64,000 nt of DNA, from positions 417,521 through 481,520 of the forward strand of contig CAWDZM010000001.1 of NCBI GenBank assembly GCA_963807165.1. The letters run 5' to 3'. The DNA is from an uncultured bacterium. Its GTDB lineage: Bacteria; Patescibacteriota; Minisyncoccia; UBA6257; 2-01-FULL-56-20. A program made the position numbers and the translations under genes. Position 1 is the first letter of the stretch. Every line of letters begins with the position of its first letter. Under the pieces are notes generated by a model. That model saw only the letters and a program-made list of their open reading frames with translations. It made no database searches and was not told the DNA's origin. Of this stretch, positions 1-9,009 are shown piece after piece.

Positions 1-461
1 TATATATCACAATCTTCTTTGAGATATCCCTGAAATTTTTCATCCTGCTGATATAACTTCTTTAGCGCAGCGAAGCGCTGATTAAAATCTTTAGTGCCAA
101 CGTAGAGTTGGTTCCAAACCATATAATTGAATCCATGTTGGATCTGAAAATCTAAACTATTCTTCTCGATTATTTTCTGAAGTCCATTTTTGTGGCCAAT
201 AACCTGATTCATAAATGAATTTTTCAACTCTGGAGCTGGTTGATCACTATAGAGATAAAGAAAATCGCTGTAGATAAAATTTAACCCAATGAGAGGCTTG
301 GAAACTTTTGCGGTATGAAAAGTTCGAACATCTTCAACGCAATGTTCCGGATCTTGACGATTCGAAAGTTTATTCATCGACAATCCGAACAAAAGCAGTC
401 CTTTCTCTGGAGGAAGTTTATTAATATCAAAAAATGTATTTACTTCCCTCCCCTTATTCAT
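1..461 (-). CDS. Partial ORF running off the window edge; possible tRNA-dependent cyclodipeptide synthase (CDPS)-like protein
   Basis: Not in the ORF track. Hand translation from ATG 461 (MNKGREVNTFFDINKLPPEKGLLLFGLSMNKLS...VWNQLY...LKKLYQQDEKFQGYLKED) is open to position 1; it starts 4 nt after the ftsZ stop. The GxS and W...Y..D..F pattern recalls CDPS. ORF is secure, product is tentative. Confidence 0.55.
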   Translation of the reverse strand, partial: MNKGREVNTFFDINKLPPEKGLLLFGLSMNKLSNRQDPEHCVEDVRTFHTAKVSKPLIGLNFIYSDFLYLYSDQPAPELKNSFMNQVIGHKNGLQKIIEKNSLDFQIQHGFNYMVWNQLYVGTKDFNQRFAALKKLYQQDEKFQGYLKEDCDI

Positions 462-465
462 TAGC

Positions 466-1794
466 TTAGCGCTTCCTCCTCCGCAAGAACGCCGGAATGT
501 CCCACGCGTCGCTTTCTTTCTCTTTGCCTGCCGGCTTGCTCATGGGCGCGCTCGGCGGTGACGGCATTTTTTCGAACGTGTTCGGTGAAAGTGATTTCTG
601 CACCATCATCTCGTCCGCAGATTCCTCGCCACGGGCGTGGACAACGGGGTTCTTGGAACTCGTGCCTGGCTCGCGCATCGGCGTGGACTGCTTGCTGATA
701 AGCGCGGCGCCGTTGCCGCCCACCGGCCCTTCGTTGCCCGGACGGCTAAACATGCTCTGGCGGCCTTCAAAATGGCTCGGTCCGCCAAACAGCGCGCCCG
801 GCTGGCTACCGTTGAAACCTGCAGCCACGATCGTCACCTTTAGCTCGCCTGGCTTCATCGTCCTGTCATAGTACGCGCCGAAGATGATGCGCGCGCCCGG
901 ATCGGCGGTCTGCGCGACGATCTTTGCAGCATCGTTCACCTCCGTCATCTTAAGATCACGGCTGCCGGTGATGCCGAGCAGTACCGCCTTTGCTCCTTCG
1001 GGGCTCGTCTCGAGTAACGGCGAATGGAGTGCGGCGTTGACCGCTTTGACCGCGCGATCGGCACCGCTCGCGCGACCGACGCCCACGATCGCGATCCCCG
1101 CATCCTGCATAATATTTTTTACGTCGGCGAAATCAACATTAATAATGCCCGGCATCGCAATGATTTCCACCAAGCCCTTCAGCGCGTTGCGCAAAATTTC
1201 ATCGATCGCTTCGAACGCTTTGATGATCGGCGTATCCTTGCTGATAACCGTAAAGATCCGATCGTTCGGTACAACGATGATCGCGTCCACTTTGTCGCGC
1301 AACTTTATAAGCGCTTCGTTCGCGATACGCTCTCGCTGGCTGCCCTCGAATGTGAACGGCTTTGTGACGACCGCGATCGTGAGTGCGCCGGACTGCTTCG
1401 CCGCCTCGGCGACGATCGGCGTGGCGCCGGAACCGGTGCCACCACCAAGTCCTGCGGCGAGGAACACGAGATCCGCGCCTTGCACCGCTTCGGAAATTTC
1501 CGAACGATTCTCTTCCGCTGCCTGGCGACCAAGATCTGGATTCATGCCGGTCCCCAATCCGCGCGTCAAACTTTTTCCAATATATAATTTTGTCTTGACT
1601 TCGCACTCATCCAAATCCTGATGATCCGTATTGATCGCAATAAAATCCACGCCACGGGTAAAATCTTTTGCCATGCGCGCGACCGCATTTCCACCGCCAC
1701 CGCCGATACCGATCACTTTAACATTCGCCGATAATGGTTGAAATTTTTCGCTCTGCTTTTTTGTGTGATGCACCCGCCGCTTGGCCTTTTTCAT
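466..1794 (-). CDS. ftsZ: Cell division protein FtsZ
   Basis: IGGGGGNAV, GGGTGSG tubulin signature, INVDFADV, C-terminal DIPAFLRR. Confidence 0.99.
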   Translation of the reverse strand: MKKAKRRVHHTKKQSEKFQPLSANVKVIGIGGGGGNAVARMAKDFTRGVDFIAINTDHQDLDECEVKTKLYIGKSLTRGLGTGMNPDLGRQAAEENRSEISEAVQGADLVFLAAGLGGGTGSGATPIVAEAAKQSGALTIAVVTKPFTFEGSQRERIANEALIKLRDKVDAIIVVPNDRIFTVISKDTPIIKAFEAIDEILRNALKGLVEIIAMPGIINVDFADVKNIMQDAGIAIVGVGRASGADRAVKAVNAALHSPLLETSPEGAKAVLLGITGSRDLKMTEVNDAAKIVAQTADPGARIIFGAYYDRTMKPGELKVTIVAAGFNGSQPGALFGGPSHFEGRQSMFSRPGNEGPVGGNGAALISKQSTPMREPGTSSKNPVVHARGEESADEMMVQKSLSPNTFEKMPSPPSAPMSKPAGKEKESDAWDIPAFLRRRKR

Positions 1795-1842
1795 GTTAGT
1801 TCATAAAGATTTAATGTGTTTCTACCATAGTAGCAGAAAACA

Positions 1843-3090
1843 CTAGGGCGCGAAATAGCGGAAAAATTTCTTGATACCCGCACCGTTCGGAGCCTTATCT
1901 CCGCCCTTGCCTTCGCTGTCCATTCCCCACAAAACAAGGCCGAAAGCGCTTACAAACTCCGGATCTTCCAGGTATTCTTTGAACCCGCCGCCGCGGCCCT
2001 CCCATTCGTCCGCGAGCGTAAACCCGATCTGTGCGGCGAGCTTCATCTCCTGCTTGACGAGGTCAGTGAGTCCCGGCAATTTCGCGCCGCCACCGACGAG
2101 CACCACGCCGCCCGGCAACTGGCCATATTTTTCCATCAGCTTCAACTCGTTGTTTACAAGATCAAAAATTTCCTCAAGCCGTGACTCCACGATCTCCGCG
2201 ATGAACTTCCGCGACACGGCACCTTTCGCATCCTCAGCAAATTTTTTGAGATCAACGGATTCCTTGTGCGGCACTTCTTTTGAATATGCATAACCGTAAT
2301 GGATCTTTATTTCTTCCGCCGCATCCACTGGCACTTTCAACCCAACAGCAAGGTCGTTGGAAATATTCGATGCGCCAACCGGGAATTTTGAGACGCCGGT
2401 CAAACGGTCTTCTTCGTATACGCAGAGTCCTGTTGTACCGAAACCAAGATCAACAATAGCCGTGCCGAGATCGCGTTGACGCTTAGAGAGTGCCGCGCGC
2501 GCGGCGACGAGTGGACCATAGACCAAGCCACTCACATCACCGCCGGAAAGCTCCACTGCGCGGATAAGTGTCTTGATGTGCGGCGAGAACGCATCGATGA
2601 TCAAACTCTGTACTTCCAAACGACTACCGGAAAGCCCAAGCGGATCAATGATATCACCGACGCCGTCCACCATAAATTCTTTTGTGAGCGTGTGGATGAT
2701 CGTGCGGTTCTGCGGAAGGTTCACCGCCTGGCTCGCGCGCACCGCGCGATCCACATCATCCTGATAGATCTCCGCGTCCGCGCGCGAAACAGCGACAATG
2801 CCACGCGATGCCTGGATCTTCGCCTGCGGCGTGCCGATGCTCACGTAAATATTCCGCAGGGCGGACTTTGATACTTTTTTCACTTCCGAAAGCGCACGAT
2901 TGATTGCTTGTGAAGCCTCGCCAAGATCGATCACGGCGCCTTTGCGAATACCGAATGATGGCTCCTCGCGCGCATAGACGATCACTGGTTTTGATCCGCG
3001 GCATTCCGCGACCACCACCTTGAGCGTTGAAGTACCCACGTCAAGTCCCGTGATAAAATCCCCGCCTCCGCCAAGTCCTGTGAGCTTCAT
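1843..3090 (-). CDS. ftsA: Cell division protein FtsA
   Basis: GLDVGT, VDLGFGTT, VLVGGGAKLPG actin-like motifs; directly upstream of ftsZ. Confidence 0.98.
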   Translation of the reverse strand: MKLTGLGGGGDFITGLDVGTSTLKVVVAECRGSKPVIVYAREEPSFGIRKGAVIDLGEASQAINRALSEVKKVSKSALRNIYVSIGTPQAKIQASRGIVAVSRADAEIYQDDVDRAVRASQAVNLPQNRTIIHTLTKEFMVDGVGDIIDPLGLSGSRLEVQSLIIDAFSPHIKTLIRAVELSGGDVSGLVYGPLVAARAALSKRQRDLGTAIVDLGFGTTGLCVYEEDRLTGVSKFPVGASNISNDLAVGLKVPVDAAEEIKIHYGYAYSKEVPHKESVDLKKFAEDAKGAVSRKFIAEIVESRLEEIFDLVNNELKLMEKYGQLPGGVVLVGGGAKLPGLTDLVKQEMKLAAQIGFTLADEWEGRGGGFKEYLEDPEFVSAFGLVLWGMDSEGKGGDKAPNGAGIKKFFRYFAP

Positions 3091-3175
3091 ATGCTCTCAT
3101 TCTATCAGGAAAACCGTGCGGTGGAAACTGTGCAAAAGCACGCCGCTCGGAAATTTTATCTTTTCTTAATCAATT

Positions 3176-3209
3176 TTTAAAATAGATTTAATGGGTGACC
3201 TGTTATGCT
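3176..3209 (+). promoter_or_regulatory. Conserved promoter motif (18-mer, N10, -10 box) upstream of tRNA-like RNA A
   Basis: TTTAAAATAGATTTAATG (3176-3193), 10 nt, then TATGCT preceded by TGn; same architecture at 17093-17126, 47546-47579 and 52241-52274. Confidence 0.65.
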
Positions 3210-3227
3210 GGCTGAGCCAACCATGAT

Positions 3228-3299
3228 GGGCCGGTGGTGAAACGGTATCATGGTCGGGTAGCCACCTGACAGTTTGGGGTTCGACTCCCCACCGGTCAA
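3228..3299 (+). ncRNA. tRNA-like RNA A (G3:U70, 8-nt anticodon loop GUAGCCAC, G1-A72 mismatch, no encoded CCA)
   Basis: Cloverleaf: acceptor GGGCCGG/CCGGTCA, D-arm GTGA-AACGGTA-TCAT, anticodon stem GTCGG/CTGAC, T-arm TGGGG-TTCGACT-CCCCA. Confidence 0.75.
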
Positions 3300-3319
3300 A
3301 GTTGGCACGAATCTTGAAT

Positions 3320-3347
3320 TTGACATCTATAGAGCGCTGAGTACTAT
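3320..3347 (+). promoter_or_regulatory. Sigma70-type promoter for antisense sRNA A
   Basis: TTGACA (3320-3325), 16 nt, TACTAT (3342-3347); no plausible CDS before the terminator. Confidence 0.7.
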
Positions 3348-3352
3348 GGATA

Positions 3353-3422
3353 TCAAGGTGGCTACCCGACATGGTGCCGTAAGCACCGTCAAATAAAAAA
3401 TCGCTCGAGAGAGCGGTTTTTT
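3353..3422 (+). ncRNA. Putative sRNA A, antisense to the anticodon and D arms of tRNA-like RNA A
   Basis: 3356-3370 is the exact reverse complement of 3253-3267; 3371-3380 pairs with 3242-3251 (two G:U); bounded by its own promoter and terminator. Confidence 0.6.
3395..3422. terminator. Bidirectional intrinsic terminator
   Basis: AAAAAATCGCTC-GAGA-GAGCGGTTTTTT between sRNA A and the convergent ybeY. Confidence 0.75.
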
Positions 3423-3807
3423 ATTTTAGCTTCTTTAGCATCTTTACTTCCAACGCTTCCATCTCGACGATGTCTGCCTTCTTTATATGATCATAGCCAA
3501 GCAGGTGCAGAACTCCGTGGAGCAACAACGCGTTCGCGCGCTCGGGGGATTTATGCAAAATATCCCGATTTAAATATATCTCGCCGAGATAGCGCTTTTT
3601 TGTTTCCGGATGCGGAAACTGTACGGGCTCGGGGAACGAGAGCACGTTCGGCTCGGTCTTCTTCTTTATAAAACGTGCCTTGAGCTTGGTGATGCTTTTG
3701 TTGTCGAGCAAAATAATATCCAAGGTCGCATTACGAACCTTGAGCGCCGAGAGCATCTTCTGCGCCAGGCGCGCGAGCTTACGTTCATTCCACATCGCGA
3801 ATGACAT
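3421..3807 (-). CDS. ybeY: rRNA maturation endoribonuclease YbeY
   Basis: NVLSFP, LGEIYL, HGVLHLLGYDH metal motif; start uncertain (3807 or 3795). Confidence 0.93.
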   Translation of the reverse strand: MSFAMWNERKLARLAQKMLSALKVRNATLDIILLDNKSITKLKARFIKKKTEPNVLSFPEPVQFPHPETKKRYLGEIYLNRDILHKSPERANALLLHGVLHLLGYDHIKKADIVEMEALEVKMLKKLK

Positions 3808-4228
3808 CCCCCACCGTCTTGCCATCGGCGCGTCCCTTTGCAAGCTTCATCACTTCTTTCATGATCGAACTGAAATCATTCGCGCCGCCGGCTTTGGCGG
3901 CCGTCACCATCGCCACGACCTCCTCGTGCGAAAGTTCGGCCGGAAGATATTCATAGAGCACCTTTAGGTCGCCTTCTTCTTTGGCAACCAGATCATCGCG
4001 CTTGCCCTGCTTAAAAAGCTCGATCGAGTCCTTGCGCTTCTTTGCTTCTTTCTGAAGGATTGTCACCACTTCTTCATCGCTCAGCATCGCCTGCGGATCC
4101 TTGAGCGTCTTTTCTTTCTGTGCCGAGTTCAACGATGCGAGCGTAAAACGCAACACCTCAAGGCGTGCTTTATCACCGCTTTTCATCGCGGTCTTCATGT
4201 CATCGCTAATTTTTTGAAAAAGGGGCAT
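3785..4228 (-). CDS. GatB/YqeY domain protein
   Basis: DMKTAMKSGDK, KKRKDSIELF, GRADGK; usual position after rpsU. Confidence 0.93.
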   Translation of the reverse strand: MPLFQKISDDMKTAMKSGDKARLEVLRFTLASLNSAQKEKTLKDPQAMLSDEEVVTILQKEAKKRKDSIELFKQGKRDDLVAKEEGDLKVLYEYLPAELSHEEVVAMVTAAKAGGANDFSSIMKEVMKLAKGRADGKTVGDVIRDVE

Positions 4229-4235
4229 TAAAAGG

Positions 4236-4451
4236 CTAGATGAGACCGAGCTTCTTCTGGCGCTCGACATCGGCTTTCTTTTCCTCGCGGTGGATCGCGG
4301 ACGAGCGGCGCTTGATGCGGCTGATCACGCGGGTATGGAATTTGCGGTGGCGGACCTCTTTAACGATGCCACTCCGCTTTACTTTGCGCGTGAAAGTATA
4401 CAAAAGCGACTGCCCCGACTCCCCCTCCTTTTTTCGTGCTTCTATTGCCAT
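4236..4451 (-). CDS. rpsU: 30S ribosomal protein S21
   Basis: MAIEARKKEGES...FTRKVKRSGIVKEVR; small basic protein upstream of yqeY. Confidence 0.85.
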   Translation of the reverse strand: MAIEARKKEGESGQSLLYTFTRKVKRSGIVKEVRHRKFHTRVISRIKRRSSAIHREEKKADVERQKKLGLI

Positions 4452-4495
4452 AGGAGAGAGTATAGCGGAAGAATATTGATTTTGCAAGATAAGGG

Positions 4496-4573
4496 GATCA
4501 GATGAAGGGAAGTGGGGGTTGCGGCCTAGTGTTAAAAAACAACGGTCCAACCCCCCCTTCCCTTCATCTGATC
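4496..4573. repeat. 26-bp inverted repeat (1 mismatch) upstream of rpsU
   Basis: GATCAGATGAAGGGAAGTGGGGGTTG (4496-4521) against 4548-4573. Confidence 0.85.
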
Positions 4574-4843
4574 TGGTCTATAACAAAGCCTATATCCTTC
4601 CTTTATATATTATTAAAAATTCATAAAAAAGTTTTTGACTTCTTTTTTGCACGACGCATACTGGTTGTATGAAAAAAATAAAAAATGACGGTAGTGAGGT
4701 GGTCACTAAAAAAATATTTCAGGAAGGGATCGGTGAACTCGCAATACTTATCAATAAAAGTTTTGAAGGGGTGTGCGGAAGTTTTCGATCTCCAAACTCG
4801 CGTCACCAAGCTCAAGAAAAAAGTAGTTTTGTAAAAAAATAGT

Positions 4844-4972
4844 CAGAAATAACCTTGCGCGACATAGCTTTTTAAGAACATCTCGGAAGTCGCGAAGGCG
4901 ACGAGAGTAAGCGCGCGGCCAACAGGCCGCGACGCGGTTCTTAAAAAGCTATGTCGCGCAAGGTTATTTCTG
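4844..4972. repeat. Branched palindromic element, copy 1 (36-bp perfect arms, conserved two-hairpin core)
   Basis: 4844-4879 is the exact reverse complement of 4937-4972; core homologous to 20615-20670; right arm overlaps the hisS stop. Confidence 0.9.
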
Positions 4973-6277
4973 GCGCTTCTTAATCTCATCCACAAGTTTA
5001 TCCAACGCCACCGCCTCCTGCAATCCGTTTGTAAGATCGCGGACGATGATGCTGTCCTCATAAATCTCCTTCTGGCCCAAGATCAAAGCGAGTGCGATGC
5101 CTTCCCGATCGGCAACCTTCAGCTGTGCGGCGAGGGATTCTTTGGAAAGTGATTCAGCAACGAGGAATCCGCGACCGCGAAGATCCTTCAAGATAGCGAA
5201 TGCTTTCTTTTTGGCGAGGTTGCCGGCGTGCGCGAGGAACACTCGCTTGGGCGATTTCCCCGGCATGGTAAGCTCCTTCGCGCGCATGACGGCGATCAAA
5301 CGCTCCACGCCGCAGGCGCCGCCGACGGCAGGCGTCAGATGTCCGCCAATCGTTTCCATCAGATAGTCGTAGCGACCGCCGGCGGGAAGCGCGCCGATCT
5401 GCGCCTCGTTCCCTTCTGCATACATCTCGAACACGGTGCGGCTGTAGTAATCCAACCCGCGCACTAAGTGATGGTCGAGTTCGTACGGGATCTTCACCTC
5501 GTCCAAATATTCCAACACGGACTTGAAGTGCGCACTGCACATCACGCAGAGCTTATCAAGGAAATTCGGCGCCTTTTCTTTGAGCGCAACACAGCCCGGC
5601 TCTTTGCAGTCAAGTAGCTTGAGCGGATTCACTTTCAAGCGGCGCTGACAATCTTCACACAGCTCGGTCTCATGATTCTTATAATAGGCGGTGAGTTGTT
5701 TCTTATAGATCGGGCGGCAGATGCGGCAACCGATCGAGTTGATCTTTACCAACGAGCCTTTGATCTTCAGCTCGTTCAACATATCCCAAAAGAGCGCGAT
5801 AATCTCCGCGTCATAGATGGGATCATTCACGCCGCCGAGCGTCTCAAAGTCGATCTGCGTAAATTGCCGTGCGCGGCCGAGCTGTGGACGCTCGTGGCGG
5901 AAGATCGGCCCCATTGCGAACAGCTTCTGCGGCTGGCCGAGGCGAGAAAGCCCATGCTGCATGTATGCGCGAGAAATACCCGGCGTGTATTCCGGGCGAA
6001 GCGCAAGTACGTCGCCGCCCTTAGTCTTCAGCGTATACATCTCCTTCTGGACCACATCGCTCTCTTCACCAGAGGTCTTGTTATACAACTCGGCGAATTC
6101 GAGTACGGGTGGTTCGATGCGTGAAAATCCATACGCGGAAGCGAGCGATCGAGCAACGCTCTCGATCTTTTCCCAATACGGCTCATCGGAAGGCAGTACA
6201 TCGTGCATGCCTTTTGCAGACTGAAAGGTGCGCACAATTTCCTTTGGCTTTTCTTTTTCTTGTTTAGATGATGGCAT
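4964..6277 (-). CDS. hisS: Histidine--tRNA ligase
   Basis: LALRPEYT, FRHERPQLGRARQFTQ, LVRGLDYYSRTVFE, GGRYD. Confidence 0.99.
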   Translation of the reverse strand: MPSSKQEKEKPKEIVRTFQSAKGMHDVLPSDEPYWEKIESVARSLASAYGFSRIEPPVLEFAELYNKTSGEESDVVQKEMYTLKTKGGDVLALRPEYTPGISRAYMQHGLSRLGQPQKLFAMGPIFRHERPQLGRARQFTQIDFETLGGVNDPIYDAEIIALFWDMLNELKIKGSLVKINSIGCRICRPIYKKQLTAYYKNHETELCEDCQRRLKVNPLKLLDCKEPGCVALKEKAPNFLDKLCVMCSAHFKSVLEYLDEVKIPYELDHHLVRGLDYYSRTVFEMYAEGNEAQIGALPAGGRYDYLMETIGGHLTPAVGGACGVERLIAVMRAKELTMPGKSPKRVFLAHAGNLAKKKAFAILKDLRGRGFLVAESLSKESLAAQLKVADREGIALALILGQKEIYEDSIIVRDLTNGLQEAVALDKLVDEIKKRQK

Positions 6278-6285
6278 GATACTGG

Positions 6286-6861
6286 TTACGAAGAAGTTGA
6301 TGAAGAAACCACGGTATACTGTGGGGCGCTGAATGTTTGGATCGCATTGAGCGGCCAGAGGCGGAACCGCACGAGCCCTACGATATCACTCGCGGGAAGC
6401 GGCCCCCATGCGCGGGAATCATAACTGACGGCACGATTATCACCCATCATAAAATACGTAGTTGAAGAAAGCGTAATGTCCTCATTTCCCGAAGTTACCG
6501 TTCCTGCAGGCAAATACGATTCATCCAGCTTGAAGCCATTCGGATACTGCTTATTATAGATCGTGACGGTATTATTATTAATGACGACGCGCTCGCCCGG
6601 CAGACCGATCACGCGTTTGATGAGATAGGTAGAATAGTCACTCACGTCATGGAAGACCACCACCTCGCCCCGCTCCGGCGGCCGAATGCGGAACGTCAGC
6701 TCATCGGTCAGAACGTAGTCGCCATTTGAGAACGTGGGAACCATGCTCGTGCCGCTCACAAGGAACGGCTGAACGAGAAACGTCCGCACGATGAATACCG
6801 CCGCAACGGCGATGACCGCTATTTCCACAACCTCCAAAAGTGACGCGAAGAACTTTCTCAT
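6286..6861 (-). CDS. lepB: Signal peptidase I
   Basis: SGTSMVPT, IKRVIGLPGE, MGDNRAVSYDSR. Confidence 0.97.
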   Translation of the reverse strand: MRKFFASLLEVVEIAVIAVAAVFIVRTFLVQPFLVSGTSMVPTFSNGDYVLTDELTFRIRPPERGEVVVFHDVSDYSTYLIKRVIGLPGERVVINNNTVTIYNKQYPNGFKLDESYLPAGTVTSGNEDITLSSTTYFMMGDNRAVSYDSRAWGPLPASDIVGLVRFRLWPLNAIQTFSAPQYTVVSSSTSS

Positions 6862-6908
6862 TGGTTAAGTGTACTCATTATATAGAAGATGCAATATAAT
6901 AATCAAGC

Positions 6909-7457
6909 ATGGACCAGACACTGATCATCGGGCTGGGAAACCCCGACCCGTCACTTGCAGAAACCTATCACAATGTGGGCGTCCTTGCGGTGCAATGGCT
7001 TGCCGGATATGCGGTAAATGAAAGCATTGATGTGGCGCAGGAGGTCGCGCCAAAATTCCGCACGCATAACAATACCTTTGCATATGCCAAGATCGGCAAC
7101 CACATATTCATCCGCCCGCTCGTTTATATGAACGAATCGGGACGTGCAGTACACGACGCGATGCGCGCCTTTGGCGTAGATGTAAAAAATATTGTCGTCA
7201 TCCATGACGACAGCGATATTCCCGTCGGCGAGTTCAAGCGCGTGGCTGGCGGCAGCTCCGCCGGTCATAACGGCATCCGCTCCATCATTGATCACCTCCA
7301 CACCGAAGACTTTGCACGCATCCGCATTGGCATCCGCGAACCGAATGAAGCCCACCGCAAGAAGGCCGGCGACTTCGTGCTGTCCCCCATCACCGCCAGC
7401 GATAAAAAATCATTCGAAGAAGTTTTTAGAAAAATCGCCAGCTCCCTTCTTATTTGA
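6909..7457 (+). CDS. pth: Peptidyl-tRNA hydrolase
   Basis: IGLGNP, HNVG, YMNESG, VIHDD, GHNGIRSI. Confidence 0.96.
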   Translation: MDQTLIIGLGNPDPSLAETYHNVGVLAVQWLAGYAVNESIDVAQEVAPKFRTHNNTFAYAKIGNHIFIRPLVYMNESGRAVHDAMRAFGVDVKNIVVIHDDSDIPVGEFKRVAGGSSAGHNGIRSIIDHLHTEDFARIRIGIREPNEAHRKKAGDFVLSPITASDKKSFEEVFRKIASSLLI

Positions 7458-7479
7458 TTCCCTCCGTCTATTTTTGTCT

Positions 7480-8020
7480 TTAGAAGCCAGTTGCCGAAAG
7501 AGGGAATGACATCGAGAACGAGTATCCTCCTTGTCCATCCTGCTGGATATTCAATACCGGAAGCGTGACGGTTCCGAAGTGCGGATCGCTCTGGATCGCA
7601 CTCTTGAACGCGGCGATCTGATTCGTCGACGGGGCGGTGCCCGCCACAAGGATCGGGGCGCTTGCCGCTTGGAAGGAAATATTATTAACGCTCACGCCAT
7701 TCGCCGCCGCCACATTGTTTATCTCGCCGATCATTTCATAATTTTTATTGATCTGTGACTCCGCGTTAGCCGCGAGAGCAACCGATTGATTGAATGCCGT
7801 CGAAGATGCAGCGAGGGCCGCAGCTTCAGCAGATTCCCCTCCTTGTGAAGTAAATGTTCCCTGTGCGTCAACTCCAGCCTTTACCATAGAGAGAAAACTG
7901 CTGGCGCAAAAAAAGGTGATGACCAGAAATCCAAGCACCGTCGGAATGAGCACGCGCCAGAGGTTCATAAAATGCAACATGCGTTCATCATAAAAAGTAT
8001 CCAGTGCGCCTTCGCGCCGA
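7480..8020 (-). CDS. PilN-like domain; probably the C-terminal part of a PilM-PilN fusion split by a frameshift near 8012
   Basis: Single TM segment followed by a ferredoxin-like periplasmic domain; the upstream ORF ends KEINLS, a PilN INL-like motif, and continues in this frame after a 1-nt shift. Confidence 0.6.
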
Positions 8021-9004
8021 TAGGTTGATCTCTTTATCTTTCGTATTCGCATGGAGCCCGCGCAGAGCGCATCCGAAGGCCACAAACCACTCCGGAGAGA
8101 CTCCTTGTCCTTGTGTGAACGTCAACGGGATGACAGGGAGTGCAACCGATTCATCAATCGCCTGCCGCGCCTCCTTTTCGAACGCCACCGGAGAAAGGAT
8201 GACGCCCACGAGCGGGTCCGGCCAGTGCTGTGCATAAAAATTCGACACTTGGCGCAAACTTCCGGCAAGCATCTCCTGAAATTTATTGATAGAGACCTGG
8301 CCTTTCTCGTCGGTAAGGTCGGCCCATTGGTTTGGATATTCGAAATAGAGCCGACCCTTTCGCACTACCAAGAAATCAATACCGGAATTATCGATGTCGA
8401 GCAGAAGATATGACTTATCCATCGCCACGCCGCTCCCCTGTTCACGCACGATGCGAGTGAGCGCGAGCGCGCGCGATTCAACTCCCACTGTGATGAACCC
8501 GCCCTTATAGAGTGCCTGCACCATCTCATCGACAACCCCTTTATCAACGAACGCGGCGGCGATATCCGACCGCAGACTCACCTCATCACGCCCCAAAAAT
8601 TGCCAGCCATAATAGGCATGAGCAATGTCCACCGGCGACACCATCTGCACATTCAAATTAATTGCCTTATCAAGATCGTCCCCTTCCATAAAAGGGAGCG
8701 TGAACACCTGGCTATAAATATTGACTGAACTCAGCGACACAACGACATTCATTTTTCTTCCTTTTTTCTGTCCAGCGGGCAGCTTAGATTTCAAATCTTG
8801 TAGCGCAGCGGCGAACGCCGGTACATCTTTCACTTTCCCTTTTTCCATAATGCCCGGCGTGAGGCGGACCGCTTCCATCTTCCACGCTCCTTGATCAACA
8901 TAGACGCATCGCAAAACCTGATCGCTGATCTCCAGCCCGGCGGCGTTCACGCGGATCCGCAAAGAAGAAAGAATTTTTTGGAAAAATGATTTGATGGATT
9001 GCAT
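7988..9004 (-). CDS. Type IV pilus assembly PilM-like actin-fold protein
   Basis: AGLEISD, VESRALAL, LLLDIDNS; located in the pilus locus. Confidence 0.75.
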   Translation of the reverse strand: MQSIKSFFQKILSSLRIRVNAAGLEISDQVLRCVYVDQGAWKMEAVRLTPGIMEKGKVKDVPAFAAALQDLKSKLPAGQKKGRKMNVVVSLSSVNIYSQVFTLPFMEGDDLDKAINLNVQMVSPVDIAHAYYGWQFLGRDEVSLRSDIAAAFVDKGVVDEMVQALYKGGFITVGVESRALALTRIVREQGSGVAMDKSYLLLDIDNSGIDFLVVRKGRLYFEYPNQWADLTDEKGQVSINKFQEMLAGSLRQVSNFYAQHWPDPLVGVILSPVAFEKEARQAIDESVALPVIPLTFTQGQGVSPEWFVAFGCALRGLHANTKDKEINLSARRRTGYFL

Positions 9005-9009
9005 AGAAA

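Noticed and set aside
3228-3422. Locus A as tmRNA, 6S, SRP or RNase P RNA
   Set aside because: No tag reading frame or pseudoknots; both acceptor strands lie in one 72-nt unit; no SRP or RNase P signatures; the internal promoter argues against a single 6S rod. Not excluded without an Rfam search.
4575-4843. AT-rich intergenic stretch as origin or small gene
   Set aside because: No convincing DnaA boxes; the short ORFs lack recognisable features.
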